DNA of 37,521 bases, from contig JBDTTZ010000248.1 in the NCBI GenBank assembly GCA_040008015.1, positions 1-37,521 on the forward strand, written 5' to 3'. The position numbers were made by a program, and so were the translations under genes. Shown here piece by piece: positions 26,248 through 34,568 of the stretch. The notes beneath the pieces were generated by a model. That model was not told the origin of the DNA. It saw only the letters and a program-made list of their open reading frames with translations, and ran no database searches. The first letter of the stretch is position 1; each line of letters starts with the position of its first letter. The stretch comes from Gemmatimonadota bacterium (GTDB lineage Bacteria > Gemmatimonadota > Gemmatimonadetes > Gemmatimonadales > GWC2-71-9).

Positions 26248-27782
26248 GTCCCGCCGCAACGGCAATCCTGCGCCGGTCCCCCGAAGTAGCCATGCTGAGC
26301 ACGCGGGAACATTTTCGGGACCGCTACTGGCTCGAGCGCGACCCCATCAACGAGGATCGGCTGCTCTGGCGCGCCCAGACCTTCCGCCACATGGTGCACC
26401 TGTTGCCGGGACAGACCGTGCTTGAGCTGGGCGCCGGACGGGGCCGCTTCACCCGACACCTCGCCGCGGTGACCCGGGGGCGAAACCCGATCACCGCGGT
26501 CGGCTTCGACCCGGCCGGGGATACCGGGCTGGATTCGCTGCCCGGAGTCGAGGGCCTGGTCGTGGAGTCTTTGCCGGGTGCCCTGGCCGGCCGGCGCTTT
26601 GATTTCATTGTGGCGATGGACTTGTTGGACCGGCGGAACTGCGCCTGGCTACTCCGGCAGGTGTACGAGTTGCTGGAGCCGGGCGGGCAGGTGTTGTTCT
26701 ACGAGAGCAACCCGTGGAACCCGGTCCTTCAGCTGCGGCGCTTTCTCTCCCGGCTGCTGCGCCGTCCCGATCCCCGCCGACTGCTGGGGCGGGGCGCCCT
26801 CTATGAGCTGCTTTCCGCGGTGGGGTTCGTTCGAATCTTTGCGGTGTTCAATGATTTCGTGTACCCGCCGCTGCCCCGCTGGCTGATCTGGCCGCTTCGC
26901 AATCTCTCGATCCTGCTGGAGAACCTACCGGGGGTACGGGCGTTCGCCGGGTCGATTCTGTTGCACGCCCAAAAACCGCCGCTCTCCCTCGAGCGGTCCC
27001 TGCCCTCGCTCTTCGAGCATCCGGCGCTGCGTGGCGCGGTTTCGGTGGTGGTGCCCTGCCGGAACGAGGAGATGAATGTCGGCCCGCTGATCGGCCGGCT
27101 CGACGCGCTCTTCGGCGAGTATCTTCACGAGATCATCCCGGTGGACGACGGCAGTGAGGATGGCACCGCCGAGGTGATTCGGGATCTGGCCCGCGCCGAT
27201 CCCCGAATCCGTCCGGTCTTTCGCGACCCGCCGAACGGGGTTGGCCGGGCCATAAAGGACGGCTTCCGCGCGGCCACCGGCCAGTGGGTGCTGTCCATGG
27301 ACTGCGATTTCCAGCACTTGCTGCCGGAGATGCGCGATCTCTTTGACGCGGCAGCGGAGGGGTGGGACGTTGTGATCGGGAGCCGCTTCTCCCGCCATAG
27401 CGTCCTGCTCAATTATCCGTTCCAGAAGATCATTGCCAATCGGGGATTTCACGTGTTGGCGCTGCTCCTGCTGCGCCGCCGGTTCCGCGATGTGACCAAC
27501 AATCTCAAGCTGATGCGGCGCGAAGTGGTCGACGGCCTCGATTTACAGCAACCTGGTTTCGCGGTGAACGCGGAAACCGGCCTGTTGCCTCTGCTCATGG
27601 GGCGCACCGTGAAGGAAGTTCCCATCTCCTGGATCAACCGGGAGCCCGATATGGGCGTCTCGTCGTTCCGGCTCATCCGGGTGGGCGGTGGCTACTGGCA
27701 GGTGCTGTTGCAGCTTACCTGGCGCACCCGGTTCGGCACTCGCCCGCTGCGGCCCTTACCGGCTGCAACCTCCGACTCATGA
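26244..27782 (+). CDS. Fusion of SAM-methyltransferase-like domain and polyprenol-phosphate glycosyltransferase (DPM1-like GT2)
   Basis: N-terminal [14 protein letters not shown] and LLEPGG. C-terminal [35 protein letters not shown] and DVTN. Confidence 0.85.
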   Translation: MSPAATAILRRSPEVAMLSTREHFRDRYWLERDPINEDRLLWRAQTFRHMVHLLPGQTVLELGAGRGRFTRHLAAVTRGRNPITAVGFDPAGDTGLDSLPGVEGLVVESLPGALAGRRFDFIVAMDLLDRRNCAWLLRQVYELLEPGGQVLFYESNPWNPVLQLRRFLSRLLRRPDPRRLLGRGALYELLSAVGFVRIFAVFNDFVYPPLPRWLIWPLRNLSILLENLPGVRAFAGSILLHAQKPPLSLERSLPSLFEHPALRGAVSVVVPCRNEEMNVGPLIGRLDALFGEYLHEIIPVDDGSEDGTAEVIRDLARADPRIRPVFRDPPNGVGRAIKDGFRAATGQWVLSMDCDFQHLLPEMRDLFDAAAEGWDVVIGSRFSRHSVLLNYPFQKIIANRGFHVLALLLLRRRFRDVTNNLKLMRREVVDGLDLQQPGFAVNAETGLLPLLMGRTVKEVPISWINREPDMGVSSFRLIRVGGGYWQVLLQLTWRTRFGTRPLRPLPAATSDS

Positions 27783-30013
27783 CCCCGCCCATCGCCACCG
27801 GGAGCTCCCGCGCTGCTCGCTGGTTCGTCTGGGCGGTCTGGGCCGGGATGGTGGCGATCGCGCTCTGGCACTTCGCCCACTACGCGCGTAACCTCCCGTT
27901 GGCCGAGGACTGGGACCTGGTGGCGCCGCTGACCGGCCACCAGCCCGACTTGGGACGCTGGTTCTGGAGCCAGAACAATGAGCATCGGCTTCCGCTCCCC
28001 CGCCTGATGATGCTGGGACTGCTCAAGGCCAGCGGCGGCGATTTTCGGGCGGGGATGCTCTTCAGTATCATCGCCGTCGCCGGACTGGCGGCGGCAATGA
28101 TCGAAGTGGCGCGGCGTCGGCGGAACGGTCGTACCCGCTACACCGACGCGTTCTTCCCCATCCTCCTGCTCGAAGTCGGTGACTGGCAGAACCTGTTCTG
28201 GACCTGGCAGCTGTCCTTCGTCGTTTCCGTCCTCCTGGCGAGCATCGCGCTGCTGGCCATCGTGCGACGGCCCGGCCTGGACACCCCGGGTGTCGCGCTC
28301 GCCACCGGTGCCGCGCTGATCCTGGCGCCGCTTTCCGGCGGCACCGGTCTGGTCTTCGTGCCGCCGCTTCTGCTCTATGCCGGCTGGCAGGGGGTGCGCC
28401 TGGCCCGGGCGGAGGGCTCGCCCTCGGAGCGCCGCGCCGCGACGATACTCATCGCGTCGGCAGCCCTGACAATTGCCGTTATCGGGCTCTACTTCGTCGG
28501 CTATGAGCGGCCCGGCTGGATCCCCAGGAATCCGGGCCTGGGTAAATCGCTGGTAACGGCCCTTCAATTTCAGACCTATGGGCTGGGACCGGCCGTGCGG
28601 ACGTCCTGGACCCTGTGGGGCACGATAGCCAACCTCCTGCTGCTGGCGGCAACGGCCCGCGTGGTATTCGCGCTCCGCGCTCCATCTAGCGGAAATCGCC
28701 GGGTGGCTGCACCATGGGAGGAGCGGCAACGCGCCTGGGGGCTGCTCGCCTGCCTGATGAGCGTCGCCGGGGTTGCCGCGGGTATGGGATATGGGCGGGC
28801 GGCCGTGCTCGACGTCTATAACGGCTGGCCTGATCGGTATGTGCTCCTCGCTGCCCCGGCGTTCTGCATCGCGTACTTCGCCTGGGAGCTAACCGGGCAC
28901 GACCGGGTTAACCGGTTCGCGCGCGCGACGCTGTTCGCGCTCGCCGCGCTGCTGCTCCCGCTGAATACCGCGTTTGGCCGCGAGTGGGGCTCCTGGTACG
29001 TTGGCGGTATGGACCGGGTGATGCGCGATATTCAAGACGGAGTTCCGCCAGACGTGCTGGCGGACCGGCACCGGGAGTTCCTGATCCACTTCTGGGATGC
29101 GGGCCGGTTGGAGGCGCACATGCAGATGCTGCACGACGCGGGGATCGGTCCGTTCCGGGCGATGCGCATCGCCGAGGACACGACGCCCTCGAGCCTGCGG
29201 CTCGACAGTCTGACCCTGCGTTACCACCTGCCCGAGGCCGGAGCTGTGAGCCTGGTCTGGGGCATCGACGGTTGGCAGCGGGTGCCCGCGTCGATCCGTC
29301 CCTCCGGCACCGTGCTCACCAGGAGCAGCAATGCCATGAGCAGCCCGATGCGCCGCGAGGAGGACGGGTTCACCGCAACGCTTGCCATCCCCCGCGGGTC
29401 GTCTCTGGATTACGGTTTCGTGATCACGGCCCGCAATGATCATGATTCCCTCTCTGCCCTGTGGGATGGCAATCGTCGGTACGAACCGAACCCGGCGAGC
29501 CGTGGGGTGGTGGACGCGGATCCGGGCCTGTCTCTGCTGACCAATCCGCTGCAGGGTGGGGATACAGTGCTGGTGATGGAGACCATTCGCTACGGTCCCA
29601 CAGATGCCCGCCGGGTACGAATAGTGTGGGGCATTGCCGGGTGGCAGCGACTTCCCCCGGGACTATACCCGCCCCGGACCCGGACCAGCAGCCTGCTGAT
29701 GACCACGACTATGCAGCAGGATGGTCCCAGCTTTACGGCCGCGCTGCCGGTCCCCGCCGGCCGCCGCCTGGACTTCGCGTTCCAGCTCGATCGCGGCGAT
29801 CGGTTTGACGTCAATGACAACAACTACGGCCGGAACTATGGCTTCACGGCGGTGCGCGATTCCAGCATTACGGTGGAATCCAGACTGACGATCGCAGCGG
29901 GCAGCGGACTCCTCACCGTGCTCTGGATCGGGATGGTATCGCTGCTGGGGTTGGCCGGTCTGGCCGGCCTCTCGGCTCTCATCGTCGGTCGGATGACCAC
30001 GGCAGCCCGATGA
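27779..30013 (+). CDS. Polytopic membrane protein (GT-C-like N-terminal region) with two CBM-like beta domains and a C-terminal TM helix
   Basis: About ten hydrophobic segments, PLAEDW and QNNEHR in the first loop, and DRY. Two internal repeats RY...V..VWGI.GWQR.P....P..T...M...M......FTA.L..P.G..LD[YF].F; the second ends DNNYGRNY. Confidence 0.7.
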   Translation: MTPPIATGSSRAARWFVWAVWAGMVAIALWHFAHYARNLPLAEDWDLVAPLTGHQPDLGRWFWSQNNEHRLPLPRLMMLGLLKASGGDFRAGMLFSIIAVAGLAAAMIEVARRRRNGRTRYTDAFFPILLLEVGDWQNLFWTWQLSFVVSVLLASIALLAIVRRPGLDTPGVALATGAALILAPLSGGTGLVFVPPLLLYAGWQGVRLARAEGSPSERRAATILIASAALTIAVIGLYFVGYERPGWIPRNPGLGKSLVTALQFQTYGLGPAVRTSWTLWGTIANLLLLAATARVVFALRAPSSGNRRVAAPWEERQRAWGLLACLMSVAGVAAGMGYGRAAVLDVYNGWPDRYVLLAAPAFCIAYFAWELTGHDRVNRFARATLFALAALLLPLNTAFGREWGSWYVGGMDRVMRDIQDGVPPDVLADRHREFLIHFWDAGRLEAHMQMLHDAGIGPFRAMRIAEDTTPSSLRLDSLTLRYHLPEAGAVSLVWGIDGWQRVPASIRPSGTVLTRSSNAMSSPMRREEDGFTATLAIPRGSSLDYGFVITARNDHDSLSALWDGNRRYEPNPASRGVVDADPGLSLLTNPLQGGDTVLVMETIRYGPTDARRVRIVWGIAGWQRLPPGLYPPRTRTSSLLMTTTMQQDGPSFTAALPVPAGRRLDFAFQLDRGDRFDVNDNNYGRNYGFTAVRDSSITVESRLTIAAGSGLLTVLWIGMVSLLGLAGLAGLSALIVGRMTTAAR

Positions 30014-30095
30014 ATGGATCGCAACCAAGCGATTGCGGTCGACGCTTATCCGCCCACCTGCCGTTTCCCGGCCGGTCTTCCAGGAAGGAGTGGTG

Positions 30096-31055
30096 GTGGC
30101 ACTGACTCCAGCAGGTCTGACCCCGCACCTCTCGATCGTGGTCCCGCTCTTCAATGAGCGCGACAACATCGAGCCACTGGTGGCGGCGACTAAAGCCGCG
30201 CTGGGGGACGCGAACGACTGGGAACTGATCCTCGTTGATGATGGTAGCACTGACGGCACCACCCTCGAGGTGCGCCGCGCCGCGCGAGAGGACCCCCGGA
30301 TCCGGCTCCTTCGACTGGTGCGGAATTATGGGCAGACCGCGGCATTGCAGGCGGGATTCGAGCACGCTCGAGGCGCCATCGTGGTGAGCATGGATGGAGA
30401 TCTGCAGAACGATCCCGCGGATATTCCCCGTCTGGTGGGAGTGCTGGAGCAGGGCGACTTTGACTTGGTGGCGGGCTACCGGGAAGACCGCAAAGATCCC
30501 TTCACCCGACGTTTATCCTCCGCACTGGGCAACGCGGTCGCCCGCGCCCTCACCGGAGTGTCCATTCGAGATACCGGCTGTACCCTTCGCGCCTATCGCC
30601 GGAAGCTCCTGGACGGCTTCTTTCTCTACTCCGACATGCATCGGTTCATTCCAGCCGCGGCCGCCGGGCTCCGAGGGGCCCGGTTGACCGAAATCCCGGT
30701 AAGCCACGCGCCCCGGCGCCGGGGTACGAGCAAGTACGGCTTCTCCCGCGCCCCTCTGGTCTTGAACGATCTTCTCGTCCTGGCTGCGATCCAGTCCTTC
30801 CGGGAACGTCCCCTGGTCATGTTCGCTCGGGGGGCCATGATTGCCATTCTCGCGGCAATGCTCTCGGCCATCCCGGCTCTCGTGATACCACTGGCCTCGG
30901 CAGGTCCAACCAGTCTCATCCTTCCCGCGCTTCCATTTATCTGGCTGCAACTGGCCGGCTTCCTTGTCCTGCTTGGGCTCATTGCCGAGGTAGTCCTGCG
31001 CCGGCATAGGGTGATGTACCCGGGGACTCCGGCCCTGGTCCGGCAGGTTCGATGA
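30096..31055 (+). CDS. Polyprenol-phosphate glycosyltransferase (ArnC/GtrB-like GT2) with two C-terminal TM helices
   Basis: Motifs SIVVPLFNE, VDDGSTDGT, RNYGQTAAL.AG, MDGDLQNDP, DTGC, MHRFIP and R..G.SKYG. Start is GTG 30096 after AGGAAGGAG (ORF open from 30033). Confidence 0.9.
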   Translation: MALTPAGLTPHLSIVVPLFNERDNIEPLVAATKAALGDANDWELILVDDGSTDGTTLEVRRAAREDPRIRLLRLVRNYGQTAALQAGFEHARGAIVVSMDGDLQNDPADIPRLVGVLEQGDFDLVAGYREDRKDPFTRRLSSALGNAVARALTGVSIRDTGCTLRAYRRKLLDGFFLYSDMHRFIPAAAAGLRGARLTEIPVSHAPRRRGTSKYGFSRAPLVLNDLLVLAAIQSFRERPLVMFARGAMIAILAAMLSAIPALVIPLASAGPTSLILPALPFIWLQLAGFLVLLGLIAEVVLRRHRVMYPGTPALVRQVR

Positions 31056-32020
31056 CGCTGGAGCTTGGGTTGACCAGCCACCCGGACGCCGGGCTACAGG
31101 TGTCGGTCCTGGTACCGGTCTGGCAGAAGCCCGAGTCGCTGGCGGCCCTCTACCAGGAGTATGCCCGACCGCTCCGGCAGCGCCCCTGGGCCTTCGAGTT
31201 CGTCTTCATTTGTGAACCGGGGTTCGAAGCCGAGATCAGGGAGCTCCTGGAACTGGCTGAGCGAGGCGAGCCGATCCGGATTCTCCAGGTAGCCCAGCAG
31301 CTCGATGAGTCCCGGTTGTATAATGCTGCCGCCGAGCTGGCTCGGGGCGAGGTGATCGTGACATTGCCGGGATACCGGCGCATCGAGGCCGAGCAGGTTC
31401 CCCGCCTGATCGATCGGGTATTCGAAGGCAGGGACCTGGTTCTCGCCCGGCGCTGGCCCCGGCGCGATGCGTGGATCAACAAGGTCCAGAATCGAGTGCT
31501 GCACTGGCTGATTCGGTGGACGCTGGGAGGAACGCTGCGGGATGTCGCCTGCGGCGTCCGCGCCATGCGGAGGGAAGTGCTGCTCAAGACTCCGGTGTAT
31601 GGCGATTCTTTCCGATTCTTCGCCCTGTTCGCGGGGCAGGCAGGATTTGAGTCGGTAGAGATCGACACTCCGCAGCACCCGGGAGATCGCCGGGCCCGGT
31701 TCTACCGGCCGGGTCTCTATTTTCGGCGCCTGGTCGATCTCCTCGGCCTCTTTGTGATCCTTCGTTTTACCAGCCGGCCGCTTCGTTTCTTCGGCCCGGT
31801 CGGCATGACCCTGATTTCCCTGGGATTGGCCGCTCTGGTCGCGTCCATCCTTGTGGGGCTGGCACCGGTGGGAGGGTTGGGCCGGATAATGCTGCTGACC
31901 GGGATCTTCCTGATTGTCCTGGGGGTTCAGGCGATCGCCATCGGCCTGATCGGAGAAATGATGGTGTTCCTGCAGGCGCCGCAGCAGACCCGCTACCGCA
32001 TCGTCGAGCGGCTGAACTGA
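31052..32020 (+). CDS. Degenerate ArnC/GtrB-like GT2 paralog lacking acidic catalytic motifs
   Basis: Same layout as the upstream gene (SVLVPV, DLV.ARR..R.D, DVACG.RA.RR, two C-terminal TMs, GLIGE). FICEP replaces VDDGS and TLPGY replaces MDGD. Confidence 0.75.
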   Translation: MTLELGLTSHPDAGLQVSVLVPVWQKPESLAALYQEYARPLRQRPWAFEFVFICEPGFEAEIRELLELAERGEPIRILQVAQQLDESRLYNAAAELARGEVIVTLPGYRRIEAEQVPRLIDRVFEGRDLVLARRWPRRDAWINKVQNRVLHWLIRWTLGGTLRDVACGVRAMRREVLLKTPVYGDSFRFFALFAGQAGFESVEIDTPQHPGDRRARFYRPGLYFRRLVDLLGLFVILRFTSRPLRFFGPVGMTLISLGLAALVASILVGLAPVGGLGRIMLLTGIFLIVLGVQAIAIGLIGEMMVFLQAPQQTRYRIVERLN

Positions 32021-32025
32021 GCGCG

Positions 32026-33663
32026 ATGCCAGCCCGGCTGCCGAATCTGCGATGGATGCTGCTTGCCCTCTTCCTGGTGCTCACTTGGGGCGCCTATATT
32101 CGCCTGGCCGATCTGGGACGCAACACCCTCTCCAGTGACGAAATGGATCACTATTTCGTGGGGCAGGCGCTGGAGCAGAACCGGGGGCCGGTGTTGCCCT
32201 CCGGTGCTCGTTACCCCAGGGGCCTCGAGTATTCCATGCTGGTTGCTGCCCTCTTGCCCCGGGTGAACCCGCCCGAAGTCGCCGTGCGGCTCCCTGCGGC
32301 CGTCATTGGGGTGTTGGCGCTTCTGGCCTTTGCGGCCGTCGCCTGGGCCATGGGAGGGCCGGGTGCCGGTGTCCTCGCCACTCTGCTTTTCACGATTTAT
32401 CCCCAGGCAGTCAAGCTCTCCCGATTCGGGCGGTTCTATACCCTGCAGCTTTTCGCCGGGGTAATCGCGCTCTATGCCGGGTGGCGACTGATTCGCGATC
32501 CCCTGGAGCCCGGTGACCTGACGGCTCGCCGACTGCGTCGCGACTGGGGTTGGGCGCTTCTTGCCGGCGTGGCATTCCTGTATGCGACCAGAGTGCAGGT
32601 CACCACGCTGAGCGTGGCCGCGGGTTTTGGACTCTTCCTGGTGGGCGTCGGGGTGCGGGATCTCGCGCGGCTCGGGAAGCGAGCCTGGACCTATAGTGTC
32701 GCATGGCAGCTGACTGCTTTGGGCGGGGCGGTGATGATCTTCCTTTTCGTCTTTCGGTTCGGATTGCTCGAGGGATTGTTCTGGCGGGCACGGGTCATCC
32801 CACTGTGGGCGCGGCTCAGCGCCGACGGAGGCGCAGGACCGATCACGGCATACTATCGGGCGCTTTCCAGTCACTTCCCGCTCCTGGTTTCGCTTCTTCC
32901 GCTCATCTTTCTCGTCGCGATCGTGCGTCACCCGAGAACCGGCGCATTGCTGCTGGTGTGGTTTGTGGTTCCCCTGGTACTGCATAGCTTCGTATTCGGA
33001 TGGAAATCGGAACGATATGTCCTGCTGGCAATCCCGGCCCTGCTCATTGCGGCGGGTATCGCCGGCGACGCGGCGATCGAGGCGCTTGGCAAGTATGGCG
33101 CTCGACTGGCGGAACGATATCCCCGGCTTCGGGCCGGTGCGGTCCTCCCCGGCCTTCTGACTTCCATCGTGGTTACGGCCATCGTCACCCAGCCGGCGTT
33201 TAACGAATCCCGCCGAATGGTCGGCGAGACCCACTCCGCCGGTTGGCTCGAATCACGCCGGATTATTGCTGCGGATTCAACCCTCCGCGACCTGCCGCTG
33301 GGCAGCGCGTCACCGCTCGTCGCGTTGCACTACTGGGGCCGGCTCGATTTCACGGTGCAGCCGGCGCTGCTCGAAACCTGGACCCGGGACACGACCAGCC
33401 ATGACATCAATCGGCCCAATGTGGTCAATCCCGTCGGCAGTCTCGACTTGTATGCTGGCCGGCCATTGCTCACCACCCCCGCATCCCTTCGGGAGAAGTT
33501 CAGCCAGATTGGCGAGGTGCTGATCGGGATTGATCGGGTGTTCATCGACTACCATAACATCGATCCGGAGCTGGTCCGGGTGCTCGAGGCCGAGGCGGAC
33601 GAGCTCTGCCGGGGCCGGTGCGGCTCAATGTTGCTGTACCGGTGGAGGTTTCGCAGGGGATAA
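32026..33663 (+). CDS. GT-C fold membrane glycosyltransferase (ArnT/PMT-like)
   Basis: TM1 then RLADLG..TLSSDE (DE motif), VAVRLPAA, SRFGRFY and ERY. Many TM segments and a soluble C-terminal domain. Confidence 0.8.
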   Translation: MPARLPNLRWMLLALFLVLTWGAYIRLADLGRNTLSSDEMDHYFVGQALEQNRGPVLPSGARYPRGLEYSMLVAALLPRVNPPEVAVRLPAAVIGVLALLAFAAVAWAMGGPGAGVLATLLFTIYPQAVKLSRFGRFYTLQLFAGVIALYAGWRLIRDPLEPGDLTARRLRRDWGWALLAGVAFLYATRVQVTTLSVAAGFGLFLVGVGVRDLARLGKRAWTYSVAWQLTALGGAVMIFLFVFRFGLLEGLFWRARVIPLWARLSADGGAGPITAYYRALSSHFPLLVSLLPLIFLVAIVRHPRTGALLLVWFVVPLVLHSFVFGWKSERYVLLAIPALLIAAGIAGDAAIEALGKYGARLAERYPRLRAGAVLPGLLTSIVVTAIVTQPAFNESRRMVGETHSAGWLESRRIIAADSTLRDLPLGSASPLVALHYWGRLDFTVQPALLETWTRDTTSHDINRPNVVNPVGSLDLYAGRPLLTTPASLREKFSQIGEVLIGIDRVFIDYHNIDPELVRVLEAEADELCRGRCGSMLLYRWRFRRG

Positions 33664-33688
33664 CCGAACAGCGATCATTAAACAGCTT

Positions 33689-33748
33689 CAACGCCAAGAC
33701 GCGAAGGACTGCCATAGTGAAGCTTGGCGCCTTTGCGCCTTTGCGTTG
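33689..33748. repeat. Mirror tandem 8-mer repeat (CGCCAAGA-like / CTTTGCGC)
   Basis: caacgccaagacgcgaagg ... cttggcgc-ctttgcgc-ctttgcgttg. Confidence 0.8.
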
Positions 33749-33767
33749 GCAGTTAATGATATTGACG

Positions 33768-33813
33768 AATGTGACGCAGAACATTTGACGCGTGGTCTCG
33801 ACTCATCTACCCT
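33768..33813 (+). promoter_or_regulatory. Putative sigma70 promoter with adjacent palindrome
   Basis: TTGACG (33785-33790), 17 nt, TACCCT (33808-33813), then ATG 6 nt later. AATGT-N8-ACATT (33768-33785) abuts the -35 box. Confidence 0.55.
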
Positions 33814-33819
33814 TCTGTC

Positions 33820-33987
33820 ATGCTCCTCAGTCTCCTTTTCCCCCCGGGCGGTCCCGACCTCTGCGCCCTCGCCGGCTTTTGCCAGACGACCACCCAGGCC
33901 GCCCAGCCCAACGTGCTCTGGCTGGCCAGTGCCCTGATCATCGCCGGGGTGGTGATCCAACGTCGTAAGGAAGGGAAGCGGAAATGA
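33820..33987 (+). CDS. Small 55-aa membrane protein (not in the ORF track)
   Basis: MLLSLLFPPGGPDLCALAGFCQTTTQAAQPNVLWLASALIIAGVVIQRRKEGKRK. Mostly G/C-ending codons, one TM helix with a basic tail, and an ATGA overlap with the next gene. Confidence 0.6.
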   Translation: MLLSLLFPPGGPDLCALAGFCQTTTQAAQPNVLWLASALIIAGVVIQRRKEGKRK

Positions 33988-34427
33988 GAAACTTGATGCT
34001 GGCCACCTGTGGCTTGCTGGCTGCCTGCGCTGCCAGGTCGCCGGACAAGGGCGCGGCGAACGATACGGCGTCAACCCCGGCGGCCACGGCGTCCGGTAGC
34101 GGCGAGATTCATATCACCACCAAGGCCCCCAGCTACGTTCCGGGCGCGATGGTCGGCATCAAGATCCACAATGCGACCGCCCACCAGTATGCCTTCAATC
34201 CCTGCACCCGGAGCTTCGAGCGCGAGGGGCATGGCAAGGTGGCCGAGGCGGACCGGATGTGCACCATGGAGGCGTGGCTGCTGGAGCCCAACGGAACCAG
34301 TGATGCCACGGTGGATCTTCCCGTCGGCGTCGAGCCGGGGAGCTACACCCTGAGCATCGATTTCTCGGCGCAGGACTCGAGCGGCGTGCCGATTCACGCG
34401 ACCAGCAACCCGTTCGAAGTACAGTGA
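33984..34427 (+). CDS. Putative lipoprotein with Ig-like beta domain
   Basis: MRNLMLATCGLLAAC lipobox, an Ala/Thr-rich linker, and a beta-rich domain with two Cys and PGSY. Confidence 0.7.
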   Translation: MRNLMLATCGLLAACAARSPDKGAANDTASTPAATASGSGEIHITTKAPSYVPGAMVGIKIHNATAHQYAFNPCTRSFEREGHGKVAEADRMCTMEAWLLEPNGTSDATVDLPVGVEPGSYTLSIDFSAQDSSGVPIHATSNPFEVQ

Positions 34428-34529
34428 CAAGTGACAAGTGACAAGTGACAAGTAACAACTAGCAATGTGCTGATGCAGTTCCTTGTCACTTGTCACTTGT
34501 CACCTGTCACCTGTCACTTGTCACTTGTC
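34423..34529. repeat. Mirror tandem heptamer repeat (AGTGACA x4 + AGTAACA / YTGTCAC x6)
   Basis: The left arm (34423-34457) contains the lipoprotein stop TGA, followed by a 25-nt loop and the right arm (34483-34529). Confidence 0.92.
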
Positions 34530-34568
34530 CTACTGGCCCAGGTTGTTCCCCCTCATGCGAAAGCCTCG

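Noticed and set aside
10250-33690. Integrase- or IS-mobilised genomic island with att sites
   Set aside because: No integrase, transposase, tRNA or terminal direct repeat was seen. The island call rests only on gene content and internal scars.
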